Below, one piece after another: positions 10,411 through 20,655 of a DNA stretch of 64,000 nucleotides. The stretch lies in NCBI GenBank assembly GCA_023334545.1, contig JAADVB010000045.1:1-64000 (forward strand), given 5' to 3'. Each line of letters starts with the position of its first letter. Positions within the stretch are counted from its first letter, which is position 1. Position numbers and translations under genes: made by a program. The notes under the pieces were generated by a model that did not search any database, was not told where the DNA came from, and saw only the letters and a program-made list of their open reading frames with translations. The DNA comes from Salisapilia sapeloensis CBS 127946 (taxonomy: Eukaryota; Protista; Oomycota).

Positions 10411-11736
10411 ATGTCTACGGGTTTACATTCGGCACGCGGGGAACTTGGTCTCCCGACCGTCTCCTCCGCTGCTTCTCCCACCTTTCTCAGCGCCGACGCG
10501 GCCAACAACAATGGCGCGAATGGCAACAACCAGAATCAGCCAAAACCGTTTGCATTAAGCCCACGGACGTTTAACAACATGGAAGACTTGTACCAGCCTC
10601 TCGGGTCCTTCCGAACGGGACTCACGCCACGCGTGTTTAGTACGGGACTCACCCCTCGATCCGGTCTTACGCCTCGATACTCGACAGGTTTCACCCCGCG
10701 CCTCGGTGCGCCACAGCAGACGTCGACGAACGATGCCTACTTTGGCCAGAAAATGCAGTCCACGGGGTATACTCCTAAGGATAATAAGATGCCGACGATG
10801 CGATACTCGCACGACCAGAACGGCATGAACCAGATGAAGCCCGAGCAGCCGTTCCAGCAACATGCGATGTCTCCGGAGCAGATGCAGCAGCAGGAAATCG
10901 CCGGCATGAACGCCATGGGCATGTACGAGTACTTAAACCGGGCGAACAGCATGCAGCAAGCAATGCAGCAGCCTGCACCGATGCAGCCGCCGCAGCGGTC
11001 GGACCAGCGACCGACCGTGACGCCGACGTCGAACGAGAAGGCGAACGAACCAGAAGACTTGGACGAGCGCCGTCGAATGAAGAACCGGGAGCGCGTGCGC
11101 AAGTGTCGGAAACGGAAGCAGGACCGATTAAACTTTTTGGAAGAGCGGACGACGGAATTGGAAAAGGAGAACAACTCGTTACGGACCAAGATGGCACGAA
11201 CGTCAAGTGGCAAGGTCGAGCGAACGGAGGAAGAGAAGCAGGCTATGAAAGAGCGACATGTCAACGTCCTTCATGCGTACGTGAACTGTTTGAACAATGC
11301 ACAGGAGATGGATTCGCAGGCGAAAGACATTTGGAGCAACCAGGTGCAGGTCACATCGGGTGCGTCGAGCATCCAAGGCGTCGAAGAGCTCGTATCTAGT
11401 CACAAACAGGCGACGACGTCGGTTTTCTCGTACTTGCAGATCTCGCACCAAACGATCGAATGGAAGAACTCGGAGGACCGATGTGTCTTCAAGTACCAGG
11501 TGAACGCACACCTTCGACCGGACGCCGAAAAGCAGGTGAAATTGACGGAGAAGATGGCTGTGTTGGCAGGCAAGACTGAGTCGATGACGTTCACGGTGCA
11601 TGCGCACGTGACGTTCCACGAGCACAAGATTGTGGATGAAGTTCGTTTGGTGGATTTGACGGACGTGACGAAACAAGTATTGGCGACGCACCCCGACATG
11701 GCTGGGGAGATCGTACACGAGCTCTTGGGCTTGTAA
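10411..11736 (+). CDS. bZIP transcription factor with N-terminal TG(L/F)TPR repeats, Gln/Met-rich region and C-terminal extension
   Basis: Basic region RRRMKNRERVRKCRKRKQ followed by leucine heptads (LNFLEERTTELEKENNSLR); intronless 441 aa. Confidence 0.9.
   Translation: MSTGLHSARGELGLPTVSSAASPTFLSADAANNNGANGNNQNQPKPFALSPRTFNNMEDLYQPLGSFRTGLTPRVFSTGLTPRSGLTPRYSTGFTPRLGAPQQTSTNDAYFGQKMQSTGYTPKDNKMPTMRYSHDQNGMNQMKPEQPFQQHAMSPEQMQQQEIAGMNAMGMYEYLNRANSMQQAMQQPAPMQPPQRSDQRPTVTPTSNEKANEPEDLDERRRMKNRERVRKCRKRKQDRLNFLEERTTELEKENNSLRTKMARTSSGKVERTEEEKQAMKERHVNVLHAYVNCLNNAQEMDSQAKDIWSNQVQVTSGASSIQGVEELVSSHKQATTSVFSYLQISHQTIEWKNSEDRCVFKYQVNAHLRPDAEKQVKLTEKMAVLAGKTESMTFTVHAHVTFHEHKIVDEVRLVDLTDVTKQVLATHPDMAGEIVHELLGL
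10615..10701 (+). repeat. Four degenerate TG[LF]TPR peptide repeats within the bZIP CDS
   Basis: TGLTPR-VFS-TGLTPR-SGLTPR-YS-TGFTPR; related TGYTPK further downstream and LSPR upstream. Confidence 0.75.
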
Positions 11737-11871
11737 AGAGCTACCGATTTTTTTCTACTTTAGTTTCTTTCGATTTTGTTGCCATTTTTTCGATGTAAAG
11801 TATACAAAGCCATCGACCTCTTTCTTCATGTATCGTTCATTTCGTTTATCTTGACCCGACGTCGCGACTTG

Positions 11872-12380
11872 TTAATCCTTGAGGACATCTAGACACACGT
11901 GAGCACGAGATAGACCACGAGGAAGGTCAATCATATACCTTTAAAAACCATACGAAGTGTCTGCAAATTGTTCTTTTCCAATAGCTCTTTCGGAACGTCA
12001 TTCAGCTCATTGTACTCCTACCAATCGTTTAGAAGACTAGACATGTGCTGCAGGACAAGAAGGACATACCTGTATCTGTTTGAACGAACCAATGTACTGG
12101 ACGTCGTTCCCGTCTTCTAGAAACACTTGGGGGTAGTTGCCTCGAATGCCGCTGATGGCGAAATAACGATCACGCTCGGCCTTGTTCTCCTCACGGCTGC
12201 AATCGACCTCGGTGTACAGCACGCGATTGCCGTCGAGCATCTGCTGCAGCTGCTTAATCTCCCCACGTTGCTCTGGGAACGACACCATCGAAGACGTGAG
12301 CACTACGCAACGCTTATTCTAGCATTTAGACAGTTAGGTGAAGCAGATACAGAGGTACTAGGACGTCATACCGAGCTCAT
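11872..12380 (-). CDS. SH3BGR/glutaredoxin-fold small protein lacking CxxC, multi-exon
   Basis: ATG 12380 (MSS|NKRCVVLTSSMV); QMLDGNRVLYTEVD..ERDRYFAISGIRGNYPQVF..YIGSF is SH3BGR-like; 3' end is either 11872 or 11931 depending on the last intron. Confidence 0.75.
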
Positions 12381-12798
12381 TTTCACCCTAGTTCAGTTTC
12401 TGCTGGTTCGGGCGCGTGACAAAGTGACGTTTCCAACTATTGTGTCCTCTGCCTCAGTTCAAGTGTGAAGAACACTGTGCGTGACATGACTTGAACTTTG
12501 GACACTTGGCCACTAAGTTCATGTCATGCACATCCATCGTACTGGGTATTCTACGGAGCATCTAGGAGAAATAGGATATGTCTCATGCTCTTAGCCTTCA
12601 TCAGGATGGCGAGGAGAAGGGTAGTCGCGATCACGTCAAACGAAAGCGCGTGGCTCTTCCTCAGACGTTTTTCATATAACAGACAATTGACACATAATCA
12701 TCGGATCCTACGATTGGCTGCATCGTCATGGCCGATAGCTTTCGCTTAATGTCTACTTTGACCAATAAATCGCATCAACAGGACACAAAGCAATTATC

Positions 12799-14517
12799 AT
12801 GGGTGTACGAACACGCTTACTAGTGTTCCTATCACTAGTAGTACTTGTATGTGCTCAGGAAGAAGCTGAGACTTCAGTTCCACAAGTCACGAATGCGCAA
12901 GGACTCGTCGAATGTGAAGAGTCGATCGATTGCTATCACATGGGACTCAAGCACAAGCTGTGTGAAGAAGGCGTGTGTGTTAATGAACGTCTCTTTCCAC
13001 TTTCCGATGCTGAAATGGCTGGAAGTATTGGTGCCTTCCTCGCCACTGTCATTGCTATTGGTATCCCATTCGTATTAAGTTGATATGATAGTCCAAATGA
13101 ACTTATACATGTCTAGGCTCTGGTCTCGGTGGTGGAGGACTACTCGTACCTCTGTACATTATCCTCATGGGTCTATCCTCCCATGAAGCTGTTCCGCTCT
13201 CCAAGGTTCCTACTTGTCTCTTATCAACTACAGAATCAATACACTAAACTCTACATCGCATCGTAGGCGACTATCTTTGGAGGTGCCATCGCTAGTTTTA
13301 TCATGAACGTCCGCAAGACCCACCCACTCGCTCGTGGACGTCCATTAATCGACTATGAAACCATGTTAATGATGGAACCAATGACACTCGCAGGCACTAT
13401 CATCGGTGTCAACATGAACGCCGTCTTCCCCGAGTGGCTCATCACGATCTGCATCGTCCTCCTTCTCACACAAACGAGTCTACGCACACTTCGTAAAGGC
13501 AAGAAAATATACAAAGAAGAGAGTCAAGCAGACACAAAACGGATGCAGCAGATTGTCGACTACTGGCGTCTCTTACCGTACGAAAGTCAGATGAAGAGCT
13601 TCCAACTCGTCGCCAACGCATACCTCAAGTGGAAACACTACAAGCGCGATGATTCTCAGGACCAATCTGTCCGTCTAAAGATCGTCCACCAAATGGACGA
13701 CTCGCTTAGCAACGTCGACACGACGGACTCGAGCTCAGAAGACGAAGGCGATGCTCTCATCCACAACCGTCCCAAGTCCTCGATCGTCCGAGGCGGCATC
13801 CTCACGCTCACGGAGCTTAAGACGCAGCGTCGGAAGATCCCGAAAGCCGACGTCGGCGTCCTCCTTCTCACTTGGATCGCACTCGTCCTCTTCTCCATGG
13901 CTAAAGGCGGGCACGGATCTCCGAGTATCATCGGCTTGACCTGTGGTAGCGCTGGCTACTGGCTCCTCGTCTCCATCGCCGTCCCGTTCTTCATCCTCAT
14001 CACGTTCTACTTTGGCATTAAAATCTTCCGAACACATACCATGCTACGTGCTTTAGGCTACGAGTACGCCAAAGGAGACGTCGTGTGGACAAAGGATGCT
14101 GTCATAAGGTACCCAGCACTCTGTACTGCTGCAGGCGTGGCGGCAGGGCTCTTGGGTATCGGTGGAGGCATGGTGAAAGGCCCATTGCTCCTGGAAATGG
14201 GTCTCCTTCCCCAAGTTTCCGCCGCGACTTCCTCCACAATGATCCTCTTCACGTCCTCGGCGACGACCGTCCAGTTCATCGTCTTAGGAACACTGTCCGT
14301 GGAGCATGCACTATGGCATGGTCTCGTCGGCTTTGTCGGTGGAGTCATCGGTCAAGTCGGCATGTCGTACTTGATCAAAAAGTACCGCAAGTCGGCCTTT
14401 GTTATCTTCCTCGTGGCTGCTGTCGTCGGTGTAAGTGGTATGATCATGGGTGTCTTAGGTATTGAACGCATTCGACAAGTCGGATTCACAGGCTTCCGAC
14501 CACTTTGTCAGACGTAG
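12799..14517 (+). CDS. TauE/SafE sulfite exporter family membrane protein
   Basis: GSGLGGGGLLVP, MEPMTLAGTIIGV and AGLLGIGGGMVKGPLLLEMG motifs; signal peptide and a small Cys motif at the N-terminus; two short introns near the 5' end. Confidence 0.9.
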
Positions 14518-14603
14518 GTAGCGAATAAAAAGATAAACAAAAGAGAATTGGAAAGCAACGTCCAGCCGTGTTTTGATTCTTAGTCTCGAAAGTCCTTGAC
14601 AAA

Positions 14604-15176
14604 TTACTTGCCAGCGAGGATACCGACCGTGCGGCCACGACGACCAGTCGTCTTGGTGTGCTGACCACGCACCTTGAGGCCCCACCAGTGACGGATACCA
14701 CGGTGCAAGTAGATCTTCTTCATGCGCTCAAGATCATCACGGAGCTTGCCCTGGAGGTTGTTGGCAACAGCCTGCGAGTGCTTGCCCGTCTTGTAGTCCT
14801 TCTTTCTGTTCAAGAACCAGACCGGGACCTTGAATTGCTGCGGGTTCTGGATGATCGCCACGAGACGCTCAATCTCGTCGTTCGTGAGCTCACCAGCACT
14901 AGGAGAACGTCAGCATTTTATAATAAGACTACCATGATTAAAAATATCATACCGCTTGGTGATGTCCACCTCGGCCTTTTTGCAGCACGTGATGGAGAAA
15001 CGGCGGCCGACACCCTGGATGGCCGTGAGGGCAACCCAGACCTTGCGGCGACCGTCGATGTTCGTATTCAAAATACGGAGGATGTGTTGGAAGTCCGGAC
15101 CGATGACGAGCGACTATAAAGGCATGGAGAATTAGAACGCTAGTGCATCATCATGAGCTCCCAAGGACGCTACCAT
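14604..15176 (-). CDS. RPS18: 40S ribosomal protein S18 (uS13)
   Basis: ATG followed directly by an intron, then [24 protein letters not shown] ... [28 protein letters not shown]. Confidence 0.97.
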
Positions 15177-16229
15177 TGCGACGGAGTTGCTAAGCTTTCG
15201 TAGAGTGAAACTTGGTGCCAAAGCCAGCAAATGACTGGCAGAGCATTACATCGAATTTTAGCCAATGAATAGGATAGAAATTCTTTTTGACGAATCAGAT
15301 CAGACGAACATATACACAGTACTGGAACGCCCTCTTGTTGCATTCGATGGTTGGCAAGTTCGTCTTTGTGCCGGTATCTGGTCTACCTTGGTCGAGTGTG
15401 CTTGTTAAGGACATGGCAGTTGGATATCGTTAGAGATAGGATGGAACAATTGATACGATAAATGGAAATGTGTTGGTCGAAAGTGTATTTGGAAGTCGTT
15501 CGATGGTCATGTACGACTTCGTCATCTATTCAACGCTTTATGTTTTTCATTCTACTTGCATATATGCTGGCAATTAACTATCATTTCTAGCTAGCTCGGC
15601 TGTGAATGGGTTCTTGAACATGAAACAGAAATTGAGATTATATCCAGCTTTTTGCTGCAAGGTCGAACTCAAAACGTTTGCATTTGCAAAAGAGAAGTGG
15701 TAATTCATTCCAGCGACGGCGATAGACACGATCCTCTTCATTTCGTTTCTATTCCTGAATCCACTGTGTGCTCTTCATACCTAAACGGCAAGCACAGACA
15801 ATTGCGAACCGCAATGCAGTGGCTACTCTGCCAGTGGTATTGTTTAGCTTACAAGTCAAAGCAAAGTCGATCATTTCATGTAACACCGAATGCTTTTGTA
15901 GTAAGTGCCCTCTTGTATCTTGCTGTCTTACATGTAGTTACACGACTAGCTACAACTAAAGTTCTTGTCCACAAAAAATTATTACGATGACGACAGCATT
16001 GGAAAAGTATAAGCTCGAAAGCTCGGCTATAGAAGTATTGATCGTGTAGTATACTTGAAAAAAGTAATAAATCTAAAGTATAATAAGTAATCAGCCACAG
16101 TTCCTCCTTTCTAAGACCCGGGCAAACTTGGTAATATAGGTCCTAAGAAAGATATATTGACTACTTGGATAGCTCGTGCTGCTCAACACCATACTATGCT
16201 TGTAGCATTCCTCGCATCAAGGCACTTTC

Positions 16230-16660
16230 TAGATTATATTCAGACATGATAAAGATACAGTTAGAGAATTGACAACGATGAGCATCGCAATCCAGTTAGC
16301 ACAAACGAAGACAGCGATACAATTGGGTACGGAGCGATCAGCAACTTGTAGGTTCCGAGCTCTGCCTGGCGTACTTCGGATGCGCCATCCATCCGGTCAC
16401 AGGCTCCATGCCATCTTTTCAGCGTAGAAATACTGCTCTATAAACTGTCCAGTCTGACGGCTCAGCACGTTGTAAAACTGATCTAGCATCTTTTCAACTG
16501 AAAAGCTGGATCAAAAGTAGAGTGGCCTCATTCGTTCAAGCGTACGATCGATGGATGAAAGCATTCACATGATCTTCAATTGGTGTTCCAGACTAGTAGC
16601 CGGAAGTTTGACACGTGAAAATCCCCATTCAATACACAGAGCAGAATAATCACTCAGTTA
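16230..16660 (-). pseudogene. Possible decayed gene remnant: protein-like frame interrupted by three in-frame TGA
   Basis: Single frame reads ..SLEHQLKIM*MLSSIDRTLERMRPLYF*SSFSVEKMLDQFYNVLSRQTGQFIEQYFYAEKMAWSL*PDGW..; TGA at 16565, 16511, 16397. No family recognised. Confidence 0.22.
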
Positions 16661-16893
16661 CCTTCAGCTATACTACACATACGTACATTTCTCCACTATG
16701 AAGAGTGAAGGAAGACGGCGATCACGGTCGAGATCTCTCCAAGACCAAGGCTTCAATCGCACTTCAAACCACATTTCAGCCAATCTCTTCTCTTCTACAT
16801 ATTTTCTACCAATCACCACCGTTGTTTCATATATAGAGGTATGATCCTATCGGCAACAAGATCTAATGGCAAAAGAAGAAAAGGAGATCGAGA

Positions 16894-18079
16894 ATGAGTG
16901 ACTTTAGACGGACGTTGCACGCCACGGGGGACAACTTCCCTGTCCAAGACCCATCGGAGGAACACGGGGGCTTCAACTTTGACAACTGCCGCCGCAACGA
17001 GCTCCTGCTCGGCCAAGGTGGCGCCAACGCCGCTCGCTTTAAAGCCACTAAAACTGGTACGACGATCGTCGGTGTAGTCTACAAGGTACGTCTCCATTTT
17101 GACGGTTGAGTTGCGTATGATAAAGAGACTTAGTTGAATGTAGGATGGTGTGGTGCTTGGAGCTGACACGCGTTCCACGGGTGGCTCAACGGTACGAATT
17201 CGACTTTAGCAGTCGCTACAATCGATATCGACTCAACCTCTACGACGTACATAGGTCATGGACAAGAACTGTGAAAAGATCCACTACATTGCACCTAACA
17301 TTTACTGCTGTGGTGCCGGCACGGCTGCCGACACGGAGAACTCGACCGGTACCTAGTCTTTATCCAGCTCCTTCCATCCCATCTAACGTTCACTCTATCT
17401 CCACAGCATTGATCTCTTCTAAGTTGGAGCTTCACCGTCTCGTACGATCACTCGTTTTACTTCTTACCAGTAAAATATACTTAAACATGTATTAGAACAC
17501 GAACACCGAGTCGCGTGTGGTGACGGCAATGACGATGCTCAAGCGCATGCTGTTCAAGTACCAGGGCTACGTATCGGCTGCCTTGGTGCTAGGAGGTGTC
17601 GACGTCTCTGGGCCGCACCTCTACACGGTGTACCCTCACGGCAGCACCGACAAGCTTCCGTTTGTGACCATGGGATCCGGTAGTCTCGCCGCCATGTCGG
17701 TCTTTGAGCAGGGCTATCATGACGATATGAGCGAAGACGAGGCGAAGAAGTTGGTGCAGAATGCTATTCTCGCCGGTATCTTCAACGACCTTGGCTCTGG
17801 TAGCAACGTGGACTTAACGACGATCAAGACGGTGAACGGCAAGGTCGAGGTCGAAAAGGACATCAACTGCATCCGACCGAATGACGTCGGACCGCTACGC
17901 GATCAGATCGACCGAGACTTTATTACTCACATTCCTCGCGGCGCCACCGGTACGTTCATTCTACTCCACACTAGTCATGTAATTTACTCATATCTATGTC
18001 TATAGAGGTGCTGCAATCGAGCTTTGAACCGTTGCGTTCGGAGATGGTGGTGGAAGAAGCAACGCCGATGGACTTGTAG
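16894..18079 (+). CDS. PSMB7: 20S proteasome subunit beta type-2 (PSMB7/PUP1)
   Basis: Propeptide, then KTG|[64 protein letters not shown]; several short introns. Confidence 0.95.
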
Positions 18080-19809
18080 ATCCATAAGAAGAATTAGGAC
18101 GAAATACAAGACGTCTTTTCGTTCTACTTTTCTTTTCTTCGACTCTTTCATATCAATCTACTTTACGACATCGAAAGTATTGTTCTTTATGATCAATTAA
18201 TAAAGAGCAAGTAGCTGCGGAAGAGATGTACGCATTGAAGCTCGTTCTTAAGCTTAGCAGTGACGCTTCAGGTAGGTTCCTATCTTTTTCCTATCTTTCG
18301 TATCTACAAGCTACGCGGGTAGAGAGATAAAGATACGACATGTGCACGACGTGACATGAAGCGTTCATATAGTAGATGCACAAATGTCAGCAGAGTAGCA
18401 TGGACATGACTGCCGTCCAATTGGAAACATAGAGCGATGCTCGATTTGCGATGTACTTCCCGGTGTCGAGACAAGGCAAGGAGACATGCTGATTGTTGTC
18501 GGTCGCAGGAGACCGTAAAAGCGATCACGTCACGTGCTCATCGGAGAAACGAACTGTAGGCTACTTGCTCGTTCAGACTCGCTCATGGGTCTCTACTTCG
18601 ACAGTCCAGTTGCATGCGTTTCTATTCATACGCGGAGACTCGATCGTGTCTGTAAAGGACGTGGATCTAAAGGCCATTGGAAACTGTCCCGAAAGACCCT
18701 GGCGTCACAGTTGTCTCATTAGGATACGTTGCCATCGGATGGTATGGCCGTATGCAATTGCCAAAATGAGAGGTCTCCAAGTATTCGCTGCTTGGCGTGG
18801 CATGGAGACTCGGACAGGATCCACGTGAATGTGCTCGACCAGTAACAGAAATTCCCGTACCGAGAAACAAGAAGTAGACACGTCGATATCTCTGATTCAT
18901 ACACTAGATGGGTACACTAGATGAAATGCACGGACAAAGAGTTGAAGTTGTGGCACTGGGCGCTTCTTTCATGCCATGCCTGAACTCGTGTAGGCAGAGA
19001 GAAGGCAAATGTATACGTGAATGAGTATTTGGAACGTTGCCGTAGGACTCGATGTGTTAAAAAAAAACTACGTAGTGGACGTCGTACAGTCACGAGATAG
19101 TTTCACATCAGCCTTTATCGGTTGAATGACAATCTTGTGCATCCATGGTTTCCTACTGCCTCCATATCTGTTGATAAGAACATGCCCTTTATAGAATCAA
19201 AAGCTGTTCGTAGACATTTTCTCGTACGTGTACAAGCCAATTGGCACATGCGAATGCTCGGCCGATGAAAATAGAACGAGGCTCGAAACAGCAGTACAGA
19301 ATCCTTTCCTGCTATCCACAAAGCATGCAACTCAGACATCTTATTCGCCCCATGCGGTGGAAGAGAAGCGACGAAGGCTAGTGAAAGCCTATGCTGTACG
19401 CAATTTAGGGAGCGGGACCAGGGCATTGAACTCGTGAAGCAGTAGCGGAAACCTAGGCACACTGGGTTTATTTTTACACACCTCCAACGTCCTGGTCTGG
19501 AACAGGTCATCTCAATCGCAGCACGTTAGTTTATCAATAGGCTCCAACCGTACTCCATGCCTTAGCTTGCGTCTTAAAATATCCAAGCACATCCTCCGTA
19601 CATCCGACTACGGCCTCCATACTTTCAAGTCCACGTCTTGGCAGCAGCCCTACTCCCTTCGTCGTCCAAATACAACGCGACGACGTTTGTAACCTGATCT
19701 TTGTAGCATCGAAGTCAAAGTCGCAAGTCTCAAGTATCAACCTCCTCTCGCTCTCGTTTCGACTGCCAGACCTGCTCATTCCGCAATTTGCATCGATCCA
19801 TTCACAAGT

Positions 19810-20472
19810 ATGAAAACCCAATCTGCACCGGACAGTCCCAACCGCATCCAAGTGCTCGCCAACGGTGACATTGTCGACTGCGCCTCGTTGCCAGCCAGTG
19901 CGAGACACTCGCTCTATAAGACCGAATTGTGCAAACATTACCGCGACACTGGCCACTGCCGCTACGGTCCCAAGTGCCAGTTTGCACACGGTGAGGATGA
20001 ACTCCGTGGCGTCTTGCGCCATCCCAAGTACAAAACGACTAAGTGCAAAGCTTTCCTCACCACTGGTCGCTGCACCTATGGCAGTCGCTGCCGCTTCATC
20101 CACCAGGATGCAGCTGGCAACTACTTCCCGTCCTCTGGCAGCGAGTCCGAGGACCAAGAGAAGAACAGTTGGATGTTCAACCCATACTCGGACTATAACG
20201 ACATGGACCTCTCTCGCCCCTTCTCCGGCCTCTCGCTTGGAAACTTTACGCAGCAATCGTCGTTCGGAAACGACTTCCCGTCCCTCGGCTCGTCTTTCCC
20301 CAAGCTCGATGCCACTGACCTCGAGTCTCTCACAAGCACTAGCAGCAGCAGCGGTGGTTCATCAGACGCTGGTCTCGAGCCTCTATCTCCACGCTCGGAC
20401 CCAGACTCGCTCGTGAGCTCCAAGTCCTCTCGACTTAGTGTCTTCCAACGCATCTGTCGTGAAGACATTTAA
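19810..20472 (+). CDS. Tandem CCCH zinc-finger protein, tristetraprolin/TIS11 family
   Basis: YKTELC-x8-C-x5-C-x3-H and KYKTTKC-x8-C-x5-C-x3-H with canonical lead-in motifs and spacing. Confidence 0.92.
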   Translation: MKTQSAPDSPNRIQVLANGDIVDCASLPASARHSLYKTELCKHYRDTGHCRYGPKCQFAHGEDELRGVLRHPKYKTTKCKAFLTTGRCTYGSRCRFIHQDAAGNYFPSSGSESEDQEKNSWMFNPYSDYNDMDLSRPFSGLSLGNFTQQSSFGNDFPSLGSSFPKLDATDLESLTSTSSSSGGSSDAGLEPLSPRSDPDSLVSSKSSRLSVFQRICREDI

Positions 20473-20655
20473 GCTTTGGACGCTTGCCTCCCAGTCAATT
20501 TTGTGACTATTTTGTTTTTCACCCGAGTCCATTTTATAAAGCGAGATCCATCAGGCTATTAGACAGACATGTACATGTCATCTAGATGCCATTAGAGTAC
20601 AATACACTGGATAATTTATCACCATTAAATCGTTTTTATTTTTATCATTATCTTT

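Noticed and set aside
18900-18923. 11-bp direct repeat as a transposon target-site duplication or CRISPR-like unit
   Set aside because: There are only two copies, 2 bp apart, with no element between them and no array.
20473-20655. AU-rich elements for autoregulation in the TTP-family 3' UTR
   Set aside because: Only an isolated ATTTA is present, with no clustered TTATTTATT, and the AT-richness is typical of gaps in this window.
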